A stretch of 64,000 nt of DNA, taken from Eledone cirrhosa (Eukaryota). Positions 12,071 through 23,000 of the stretch are shown one piece after another. The stretch's first letter is position 1. Every line of letters begins with the position of its first letter. The translations under genes and the position numbers were made by a program. The stretch lies in contig OZ024743.1 in the NCBI GenBank assembly GCA_964016885.1, positions 135,036,001 to 135,100,000 on the forward strand, read 5' to 3'. A model generated the notes under the pieces. It was not told the origin of the DNA. It was given only the letters and a program-made list of their open reading frames with translations, and searched no databases.

Positions 12071-15000
12071 GTGTTTGGTGTTTGGTGCTTGGTACTTGGT
12101 GTTTTGTGTTTGGTGTTTAGTGCTTGGTGCTTGGTATTTGGTGTTTGGTGCTTGGTGCTTGGTGTTTGGTGTTTGGTGCTTGGTGCTTGGTGTTTGATGT
12201 TTGGTGCTAGGTGCTTGGTATTTGGTGATTGGTGCTTGGTGCTTGGTGTTTGGTGCTCGGAGCTTGGTGCTTGGTGTTTGGTGCTTGGTGCTTGGTGTTT
12301 GGTTTTTGGCGCTTGGTGCTTGGTGTTTGGTGCTTGGTGCTTGGTGTTTGGTGTTTGGCATTTGGAGTTTGGTGCTTGGTGCTTTGTGCTTGGTGCTTGG
12401 TTTTTGGTGTTTGGTGCTTGGTGCTTGGTGTTTGGTGTTTGGTGTTTGGTACTTGGTACTTGGTGTTTTGTGTTTGGTGTTTGGTGCTTGGTGCTTGGTG
12501 TTTGGTGCTTGGTGCTTGGTGCTTGGTGCTTGGTGCTTGGTGCCTGGTGTTTGGTGTTTGGTGCTTGGTGTTTGATGTGTGGTACTTGGTGCTTGCTGTT
12601 TGGTGTTTGGTGCTTGGTGCTTGGTGCTTGGTGCTTGGTGCTTGGTGCTTGGCTTTTGGTGCTTTGTGCTTGGTGCTTGGTGTTTGGTGCTTGGTGCTAG
12701 GCGTTTGGTGTTAGGTACTTGGTGCTTGGTGCTTGTTGTTTGGTGCTTGGTGCTTGGTGCTTGGTGTTTGGTGCTTGGTGCTTGGTGTTTGGTGTTTGGT
12801 GTTTGGTACTTGGTACTTGGTGTTTTGTGTTTGGTGTTTGGTGCTTGGTGCTTGGTGTTTGGTGCTTCGTGCTTGGTGCTTGGTGCTTGGTGCTTGGTGT
12901 TTGGGGTTTAGTGCTTGGTGTTTGGTATTTGGTGTTTGGTGCTTGGTGCTTGGTGCTTGGTGTTTGGTGCTCGGAGCTTCGTGCTTGGTGTTTGGTGCTT
13001 GGTGCTTGGTGTTTGGTCTTTGGCGCTTGGTGCTTGGTGTTTGGTGCTTGGTGCTTGGTGTTTGGTATTTGGCATTGGGTGTTTCGTGCTTGGTGCTTGG
13101 TTTTTAGTGTTTGGTGCTTGGTGCTTGGTATTTGGTGTTTGTTGATTGGTGCTTGGTGTCTGGTGCTTGGGGTTTGGTGCTTGGTGTTTGGTGTTTGGTG
13201 CTAGGTGCTTGGTATTTGGTGATTGGTTCTTCGTGCTTGGGGTTTGGTGCTTGGTGCTTGGTGTGTGGTGTTTGGTGTTTGGTGCTTGGTGCTTGGTGTT
13301 TGGTGTTTGGTGCTTGGTGCTTGCTGTTTGGTGTTTAGTGCTTGGTGCTTGGTTCTTGGTGTTTGGTGCTTGGTGCTTGGTGTTTGGTGTTTGGTGCTTG
13401 TTGCTTGGTGTTTGGTGTTTGGTGCTTGGTGCTTGGTGTTTGGTGTTTGGTGCTAGGTGCTTGGTATTTGGTGATTGGTTCTTCGTGCTTGGTGTTTGGT
13501 GCTCGGAGCTTGGTGCTTGGTGTTTGGTGCTTGGTGCTTGGTGTTTGGTCTTTGGCGCTTGGTGCTTGGTGTTTGGTGCTTGGTGCTTGGTGTTTGGTGT
13601 TTGGCATTTGGTGTTTGGTGCTTGGTGCTTTGTGCTTGGTGCTTGGTTTTTGGTGCTTGGTGCTTGGTATTTGGTGTTTGTTGATTGGTGCTTGGTGTCT
13701 GGTGCTTGGGGTTTGGTGCTTGGTGCTTGGTGTTTGGTGTTTGGTGTTTGGTGCGTGGTGCTTGGTGCTTGGTGTTTGGTGCTTGGTGCTTTGTGCTTGG
13801 TGCTTGGTGCTTGGTGCTTGGCGTTTGGTGTTTGTCGTTTGATGTTTGGCATTTTCTGTTTAGTATTTGGTGTTTGGTTTTTTTGCTGTTTGGTGTTTGC
13901 TGTTTGTTGTTTGGTGTTTGCTGTTTGCTGTTTGGTGTTTGGTGCTTGGTGCTTGGTGCTTGGTGTTTGGTGCTTTGTGCTTGGTACTTGTTGTTTAGTG
14001 TTTGGTGCTTGGTGCTTGGTGTTTGGTGTTTGGTGCTTGGTGCTTGGTGTTTGGTGATTGGTGCTTTGTGCTTGGTGTTTGGTGCTTGGTGCTTGGTGTT
14101 TGGTGTTTGGCGCTTGGTGCTTGGTGTTTGGTGCTTGGTGCTTGGTGATTGGTGCTTGGTGATTGGTGCTTTGTGTTTGTTGCTTGGTGCTTGGTGCTTG
14201 GTGATTGGTGCTTGGTGTTTGGGCCTGGTGTTTGGTGTTTGGTGCTTGGTGTTTGATGTGTGGTACTTGGTGCTTGCTGTTTGTTGTTTGGTGCTTGGTG
14301 CTTGGTGCTTGGCTTTTGGTGCTTTGTGCTGGGTGCTTGGTGTTTGGTGCTTGGTGCTAGGCGTTTGGTGTTTGGTGCTTGGTGCTTGGTGTTAGGTACT
14401 TGGTGCTTGGTGTTTGGTGTTTGGTGTTTGGTGCTTGGTACTTGGTGCTTGGTGTTTGGTGTTTGGTGCTCGGGGTTGGTGTTTGCTGCTTGGTGTTAGG
14501 TACTTGGTGCTTGGTGTTTAGTGCTTGGTGCTTGGTACTTGGTGTTTGGTGCTTGGTGCTTGGTGTTTGGTGTTTGGTGCTTGGTGCTTGGTGTTTGGTG
14601 TTTAGTGCTTGGTGCTTGGTTCTTGGTGTTTGGTGCTTGGTGCTTGGTGTTTGGTGTTTGGTGCTTGGTGCTTGGTGTTTGGTGCTTGATGTTTCGTGCT
14701 TGGTGCTTGGTGCTTGGTGCTTGGTGCTTGGTGTTTGGTGCTTGGTGCTTGGTGCTTTGTGTTTGGTGTTTAGTGCTTGGTGCTTGGTGTTTGGTGTTTG
14801 GTGCTTGGTGCTTGGTGCTTGGTGTTTGGTGTTTGGTGTTTGGTGCTTGGTGTTTGGTGCTTGGTGTTTGGTGCTTGGTGCTTGGTGTTTGGCGTTTGCT
14901 GTTTGGCGTTAGCTGTTTGGTGTTAGGTGTTTGGTGTTTGCTGGTTGCTGTTTGGTGTTTGGTGTTTGCTGTTTGCTCTTTGGTGTATGGTGTTTGGTGT

Positions 15001-18000
15001 TTGCTGTTTTCTGTTTGCTGTTTGGTGTTTGGTGTTTGGTGTTTGGTGCTCGGTGCTTGGTGCTTGGTATTTGGTGCTTGGTGCTTAGTGTTTGGTGTTT
15101 GGCGCTTGGTGCTTGGTATTTGGTGCTTGGTGCTTGGTGTTTGGTGCTTGGTGCTTGGTGCTTGGTGCTTGGTTTCTGGTGCTTGGTGTTTGGTTCTTGG
15201 TGTTTGGTGCTTGCTGCTTGGTGCTTGGTGTTTGGTGCTTGGTGCTTGGTGCTTGGTGCTTGGTGTTTGGTGACTGGTGCTTGGTGTTTGGTGTTTGGTG
15301 CTTGATGCTTGGTGTTTGGTGTTTGGTGCTTGGTTCTTGGTGTTTGGTGTTTGGTGCTTGGTGCTTGGTGATTGGTGCTTGTTGCTTGGTGCTTGGTGTT
15401 TGGTGCTTGGTGCTTGGTGTTTGGTGTTTGGTGTTTGGTTTTTGCTGTTTGGTGTTTGGTGTTTGGTGTTTGCTGTTTGGTGTTTGCTGTTTGGTGTTTG
15501 CTGTTTGGTGCTTGGTGCTTGGTACTTTGTGTTTGTTGCTTGGTGCTTTGTGCTTGGTGCTTGGTGCTTGGTGCTTGGCGTTTGGTGTTTGTCGTTTGAT
15601 GTTTGGCTATTTCTGTTTGGTGTTTGGTGTTTGGTGTTTGCTGTTTGGTGTTTGGTGTTTGGTGTTTGGTGTTTGTTGTTTGGTGTTTGGTGTCTGGTGT
15701 TTGCTGTTTGGTGTTTGTTGTTTGCTGTTTGGTGTTTGCTGTTTGGTGTTTTGGGTTTGGTGTTTGCTGTTTGGTGTTTGCTGTTTGGTGTTTGCTGTTT
15801 GCTGTCTGGTTTTTGCTGTTTGGTTTTTCGTGTTTGGTGTTTGGTGCTTGGTGCTTGGTGCTTGGTGCTTGGTGTTTGGTGGTTGGTGCTTGGTGTTTGG
15901 TGTTTGGTGCTTGGTGCTTGGTGTTTTGGTGCTTGGTGCTTGGTGCTTGGTGTTTGGTGATTGGTGCTTGGTGCTTGGTGTTTGGTGCTTGGTGCTTGGT
16001 GTTTGATGTTTGGCGCTTGGTGCTTGGTGCTTGGTGCTTGGTGCTTGATGCTTGGTGCTTGGTGTTTGGTGGTTGGTGCTTGGTGCTTGGTGCTTGGTGT
16101 TTGGTGGTTGGTGCTTGGTGTTTGTTGTTTGGTGCTTGGTGCTTGGTGTTTTGGTGTTTGGTGCTTGGTGCTTGGTGTTTGGTGATTGGTGTTTCGTGCT
16201 TGGTGTTTGGTGTTTGGTGCTTGGTGCTTGGTGTTTGGTGCTTGGTGCTTGGTGTTTGTTGCTTGGTGCTTTGTGTTTGGTGCTTGGTGCTTGGTGTTTG
16301 GTGTTTAGTGCTTGGTGCTTGGTGTTTGGTGTTTGATGCTTGGTTCTTGGTGTTTGGTGTTTGGTGCTTGTTGCTTGGTGTTTGCTGTTTGGTGCTTGAT
16401 GCTTGGTGTTTGGTGTTTGGTGCTTGGTGCTTGGTGTTTGGTGCTTGGTGCTTGGTGCCTGGTGTTTGGTGCTTGGTGCTTGGTGTTTGGTGTTTGGCGC
16501 TTAGTGCTTGGTGTTTGGTGCTTGGTGCTTGGTGTTTGGTCTTTGGTGCTTGGTGTGTGGTACTTGGTGCTTGGTGCTTGGTTTTTGGTGCTTGGTGATT
16601 GGTGCTTGGTGCTTGGTGTTTGGTGCTTAGTGCTTGGTGTTTGGTGCTTGGTGCTTGGTGCTTGGTGTTTGGTGCTTGGTGCCTGGTGCTTGCTGCTTGG
16701 TGCTTGGTACTTTGTGCTTGGTGCTTGGTGTTTGCTGTTTGATGTTTGGTGTGTGGTGTTTGGTGTTTGATGTGTGGTCCTTGGTGCTTGGTGTTTGGTA
16801 TTTGGTGCTTGGTGCTGGGTGTTTGGTGTTTCGTGTTTCGTGCTTGGTGCTTGGTGCTTGTTGTTTGGTGCTTGGTGCTTGGTGCTTGGTGTTTGGTGCT
16901 TGGTGCTTGGTGTTTGGTGCTTGGTGCTTGGTGATTGTTGTTTGGTGCTTGGTGCTTGGTGCTTGGTGTTTGGTGCTTGGTGCTTGGTGTTTGGTGTTTG
17001 GTGTTTGGTGGTTGGTGTTTGGTGCTTGGGGTTTGGTGCTTGGTGCTTGGTGTTTGGTGTTTGGTGTTTGGTGCTTGGTGCTTGGTGTTTGGTGTTTGTT
17101 GCTTGGTGCTTGGTGTTTGGTGTTTGGTGATTGGTGATTGGTTTTTGGTGTTTGGTGCTTGGTGCTTGGTGTTTGGTGTTTGGTGCATGGTGCTTGGTGT
17201 TTGGTGCTTGGTGCTTGGTGCTTGGTGTTTGGTGCTTGGTGCTTGGTGCTTGGTACTTGGTGCTTGGTGCTTGGTGCTTGGTGTTTGGTGTTTAGTGCTT
17301 GGTGCTTGGTGTTTGGTTTTTGGTGCTTGGTGCTTGGTGCTTGGTGTTTGGTTTTTGGTGCTTGCTGTTTGGCGTTTGGTGTTTGGCGTTTGCTGTTTGG
17401 CGTTTGGTGTTTGTTGTTTGCTGTTTGCTGTTTGCTGTTTGATGTTTGGTGTTTGGCGCTGGGTGCTTGGTGCTTGGTGCTTGGTGTTTGGTGCATGGTG
17501 CTTGATGCTTGGTGCTTGGTGCTTGGTATTTTGTGCTTGGTGCTTGGTGTTTGGTGTTTGGTGTTTGCTGTTTGGTGTTTGCTGCTTGGTGTTTGCTATT
17601 TGGTGTTTGGTGTTTGCTGTTTGGTGTTTGCTGTTTGGTGTTTGCTGTTTGGTGTTTGCTGTGTGGTGTTTGGTGTTTGACGTGTTGTGCTTGGTGCTTG
17701 GTGTTTGGTATTTGTTCCTTGGTGCTTGGTGCTTGGTGCTTGGTGTTTGGTGCTTGGTGCTTGGTGCTTGGTGTTTGGTGCCTGGTGCTAGGTGTTTGGT
17801 GTTTAGTGCTTGGTGCTTGGTGTTTGGTGCTTGGTGCTTGGTGCTTGATGTTTGGTGCTTGGTGCTTGGTACTTGGTCTTTGGTGCTTGGTGCTTGGTGT
17901 TTGGTGTTTGGTGTTTGGTGCTTGGTGCTTGGTGTTTGGAGCTTGTTGCCTGTTGTTTGGTGCTTGGTGCTTGGTGCTTGGTGTTTGGTGCTTGGTGCTT

Positions 18001-20049
18001 GGTGCATGGTGTTTGGTGCTTTGTGCTTGGTGCTTGGTGCTTGGTGCTTGGTGCTTGGTGCTTGGCGTTTGGTGTTTGTCGTTTGATGTTTGGCTATTTC
18101 TGTTTGGTGTTTGGTGTCTGGTGTTTGCTGTTTGGTGTTTGGAGTTTGCTGTTTGGTGTTTGCTGTTTGTTGTTTTGTGTTTGGTGTTTGGTGTTTGGTG
18201 TTTGCTGTTTGGTGTTTGGTGTTTGCTGTTTGGTGTTTGCTGTTTGGTTTTTGGTGTTTGGTGCTTTGTGCTTGGTGTTTGATGCTTGGTGCTTGGTGCT
18301 TGGTGCTTGGTGCTTGGTGATTGGTGCTTGGTGTTTGGTGTTTGCTGTTTGGTGATTGGTGTTTGGTGCTTGGTGCTTGGTGTTTGCTGTTTGGCGTTTG
18401 GTGTTCCGCGTTTGATGTTTGGCGTTTGCTGTTTCGTGTTTGGTGCTTGATGTTTGCTGGTTCGTGTTTGGTGTTTGGTGTTTGCTGTTTGGTGTTTGCT
18501 GTTTAGTGTTTGGTGCTTGGTGCTTGGTGCTTGGTGTTTGGTCTTTGGCGCTTGGTGCTTGGTGTTTGGTGCCTGGTGCTTGGTGTTTGGTGTTTGGCAT
18601 TTGGTGTTTGGTACTTGGTGCTTGGTGCTTGGTTTTTGGTGTTTGGTGATTGGTGCTTGGTGCTTGGTGATTGGTGTTTGGTGCTTGGTGATTGGTGTTT
18701 GGTGCTTGGTGCTTGGTGCTTGGTGCTTGGTGCTTGGTGTTTGGTGCTTGGTGCTTGGTGCTTGGTGCTTCTTGCTTGGTGCTTGGTGTTTGGTGCTTGG
18801 TGCTTGGTGCTTGGTGCTTGGTGTTTTGTTCTTGGTGCTTGGTGTTTGGTGTTTGGTGCTTGGTGCCTGGCGTTTGGTGTTTGGTGCTTGGTGTTTGGTG
18901 TTTGGTGCTTGGTGCTTGGTTCTTGGTGCTTGGTGCTTGATGTTTTGTGCTTGGTACTTGGTGCTTGGTGTTTGGTGTTTGGTGCTTGGTGCTTGGTGCT
19001 TGGTGCTTGGTGCTTGCTGTTTGGTGTTTGGTGCTTGGTGCTTGGTGTTTGGTGTTTGGTGTTTGGTGTTTGCTGTTTGGTGTTTGGTGTTTGCTGTTTG
19101 GTGTTTGCTATTTGGTGTTTGCTGTTTGGTGTTTGGTGTGTGGTGTTTGGTGTTTGATGTGTGGTGCTTGGTGCTTGGTGTTTGGTATTTGGTGCTTGGT
19201 GCTTGGTGCTTGGTTCTTGGTGTTTGGTGCTTGGTGCTTGGTGCTTGGTGTTTGGTGCTTGGTGCTAGTTGTTTGGTGCTTGGTGCTTGGTGCTTTGTGT
19301 TTGGTTCTTGGTTCTTGATGCTTGATGTTTGGTGCTTGGTGCTTGGTACTTGGTGTTTGGTGCTTGGTGCTTGGTGTTTTGTGTTTGGTGTTTGGTGCTT
19401 GGTGCTTGGTGTTTAGTGCTTGGTGCTTGGTATTTGGTGCTTGGTGCTTGGTGTTTGGTGTTTGGTGCTTGGTGCTTGGTGTTTGGTCTTTGGCGCTTGG
19501 TGCTTGGTGTTTGGTGCTTGGTGCTTGGTGTTTGGTGTTTGGCGTTTGGTGTTTGGTGCTTGGTGCTTTGTGCTTGGTGCTTGGTTTTTGGTGTTTGGTG
19601 CTTGGTGTTTGGTGTTTGGTGTTTGGTGTTTGGTGTTTGGTGCTTGGTGCTTGGTGTTTGGTGTTTGGTGCTTGGTGCTTGGTGATTGGTGCTTGTTGCT
19701 TGGTGCTTGTTGTTTGGTGCTTGGTGTTTGGTGTTTGGTGTTTGGTGTTTGCTGTTTGCTGTTTGGTGTTTGCTCTTTGGTGTTTGCTGTTTGGTGTTTG
19801 GTGTTTGCTGTTTGGTGTTTGGTGTTTGCTGTTTGGTGTTCGGTGTTTGCTGTTTGGTGTTGGCTGTTTGCTGTTTGGTGTTTGCTGTTTGGTGTTTTGT
19901 ATTTGATGTTTGGTGTTTGGTGTTTGCTGTTTGGTGTTTGGTGTTTGGTGTTTGGTGTTTGCTGTTTGGTGTTTGGTGTTTGGTGTTTGGTGCTTGGTGC
20001 TTGGTGCTTGGTGCTTGGTGTTTGGTGCTTGGTGCTTGGTACTTGGTGT

Positions 20050-23000
20050 TTGGTCTTTGGTGCTTGGTGCTTGGTGTTTGGTGTTTGGTGCTTGGTGCTT
20101 GGTGTTTGGTGATTCTTGCTTGGTGCTTGGTGTTTGGTAATTTGTGCTTGGTGTTTGGTGTTTGGCGCTTGGTTCTTGGTGTTTGGTGCTTGGTGTTTGG
20201 TGCTTGGTGCTTGGTGTTTGGTGCTTGGTTTTTGGTGTTTGGTGCTTGGGGCTTGGTGCTTGGTGTTTGGTGCTTGGTGCTTGGTGTTTGCTGTTTGGTG
20301 CTTGATGCTTGGTGTTTGGTGTTTGGTGCTTGGTGTTTGGTGCTTGGTGCTTGGTGTTTGGTGTTTGCTGTTTGCTGTTTGGTGTTTGCTATTTGGTGTT
20401 TGGTGTTTGCTGTTTGCTGTTTGGTGTTTGGTGTTTGGTGTTTGCTGTTTGGTGATTGGTGTTTGGTGTTTGGTTCTTGGTGCTTGGTGCTTGGTGCTAC
20501 GTTCTTGGTGTTTGGTGTTTGGCATTTGGTGTTTGGTACTTGGTGCTTGGTGCTTGGTTTTTGGTGTTTGGTGATTGGTGCTTGGTGCTTGGTGATTGGT
20601 GTTTGGTGCTTGGTGATTGGTGTTTGGTTGTTGGTGCTTGGTTCTTGTTGTTTGGTGCTTGGTGCTTGGGGCTTGATGTTTGGTGCTTCTTGCTTGGTGC
20701 TTGGTGTTTGGTGCTTGGTGCTTGGTGCTTGGTGCTTGGTGTTTGGTTCTTGGTGCTTGGTGTTTGGTGTTTGGTGCTTGGTGTCTGGTGTTTGGTGTTG
20801 GGTGCTTGGTGTTTGGTGTTTGGTGCTTGGTGCTTGGTTCTTGGTGCTTGGTGCTTGATGTTGTGTGCTTGGTGCTTGGTGCTTGGTGTTTGGTGTTTGG
20901 TGCTTGGTGCTTGGTGCTTGGTGCTTGGTGCTTGGTGCTTGCTGTTTGGTGTTTGGTGCTTGGTGCTAGGTGTTTGGTGTTTGGTGTTTGCTGTTTGGTG
21001 TTTGGTGTTTGCTGTTTGGTGTTTGCTATTTGGTGTTTGCTGTTTGGTGTTTGGTTGGTGGTGTTTGGTGTTTGATGTGTGGTGCTTGGTGCTTGGTGTT
21101 TGGTATTTGGTGCTTGGTGCTTGGTGCTTGGTTCTTGGTGTTTGGTGCTTGGTGCTTGGTGCTTGGTGTTTGGTGCTTGGTGCTAGGTGTTTGGTGCTTG
21201 GTGCTTGGTGCTTTGTATTTGGTGCTTGGTTCTTGATGCTTGATGTTTGGTGCTTGGTGCTTGGTACTTGGTGTTTGGTGCTTGGTGCTTGGTGTTTGGT
21301 GTTTGGTGTTTGGTGCTTGGTGCTTGGTGCTTGGTGTTTGGTGTTTGGTGTTTGGTGCTTGTTACTTGGTGTTTTGTGTTTGGTGTTTGGTGCTTGGTGC
21401 TTGGTGTTTGGTGCTTGGTGCTTGGTGCTTGGTGCTTGGTGTTTGGTGTTTAGTGCTTGGTGCTTGGTGTTTGGTCTTTGGCGCTTGGTGCTTGGTGTTT
21501 GGTGCTTGGTGCTTGGTGTTTGGTGTTTGGCGTTTGGTGTTTGGTGCTTGGTGCTTTGTGCTTGGTGCTTGGTTTTTGGTGTTTGGTGTTTGGTGTTTGG
21601 TGCTTGGTGATTGGTGTTTGGTGCTCGCTGTTTGGTGTTTGGTGTTTGGTGCTTGGTGCTTGGTGTTTGGTGTTTGGTGCTTGGTGCTTGGTGATTGGTG
21701 CTTGTTGCTTGGTGCTTGGTGTTTGGTGCTTGGTGTTTGGTGTTTGGTGTTTGGTGTTTGCTGTTTTCTGTTTGGTGTTTGCTGTTTGGTGTTTGCTGTT
21801 TGGTGTTTGGTGTTTGCTGTTTGGTGTTTGGTGTTTGCTGTTTGGTGTTTGCTGTTTGTGTTTGCTGTTTGGTGCTTGGTGCTTGGTGCTTGGTGTTTGT
21901 TCCTTGGTGCTTGGTGCTTGGTGATTGGTGCTTGGTGCCTGGTCTTTGGTGTTTGGTGTTTGGTGTGTGGTGTTTGGTGTTTGATGTGTGGTGCTTGGTG
22001 CTTGGTGTTTGGTATTTGGTGCTTGGTGCTTGGTGCTTGGTTCTTGGTGTTTGGTGCTTGGTGCTTGGTGCTTGGTGTTTGGTGCTTGGTGCTAGGTGTT
22101 TGGTGCTTGGTGCTTGGTGCTTTGTGTTTGGTGCTTGGTTCTTGATGCTTGATGTTTGGTGCTTGTTGCTTGGTACTTGGTGTTTGGTGCTTGGTGCTTG
22201 GTGTATGGTGTTTGGTGTTTGGTGCTTGGTGCTTGGTGCTTGGTGTTTGGTGTTTGGTGTTTGGTGCTTGTTACTTGGTGTTTTGTGTTTGGTGTTTGGT
22301 GCTTGGTGCTTGGTGTTTGGTGCTTGGTGCTTGGTGCTTGGTGCTTGGTGTTTGGTGTTTAGTGCTTGGTGCTTGGTGTTTGGTCTTTGGCGCTTGGTGC
22401 TTGGTGTTTGGTGTTTGGCGTTTGGTGTTTGGTGCTTGGTGCTTTGTGCTTGGTGCTTGGTTTTTGGTGTTTGGTGCTTGGTGTTTGGTGTTTGGTGTTT
22501 GGTGTTTGGTGCTTGGTGATTGGTGTTTGGTGCTCGCTGTTTGGTGTTTGGTGTTTGGTGCTTGGTGCTTGGTGTTTGGTGTTTGGTGCTTGGTGCTTGG
22601 TGATTGGTGCTTGTTGCTTGGTGCTTGGTGTTTGGTGCTTGGTGTTTGGTGTTTGCTGTTTGGTGTTTGGTGTTTGCTGTTTGGTGTTTGCTGTTTGTGT
22701 TTGCTGTTTGGTGCTTGTTGCTTGGTGCTTGGTGTTTGTTCCTTGGTGCTTGGTGCTTGGTGATTGGTGCTTGGTGCCTGGTCTTTGGTGTTTGGTGTTT
22801 GATGCTTGGTGCTTGGTGTTTGATGTGTGGTGCTTGATGCTTGGTGTTTGGTATTTGGTGCTTGGTGCTTGGTGCTTGGTGCTTGGTGTTTGGTGCTTGG
22901 TGCTTGGTGTTTGGTGCTTGGTGCTTGGTGCTTGGCGTTTGGTGTTTGTCGTTTGATGTTTGGCATTTTCTGTTTGGTGATTGGTGTTTGGTGTTTGCTG

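Noticed and set aside
14909-18007. 1032-aa minus-strand ORF (and 20497-23499, 6554-8827, 42719-44977) as a mucin-like or repetitive protein gene
   Set aside because: It has no non-repetitive N- or C-terminus or signal peptide and overlaps equivalent ORFs in other frames. Its length is explained by the scarcity of A on the + strand.
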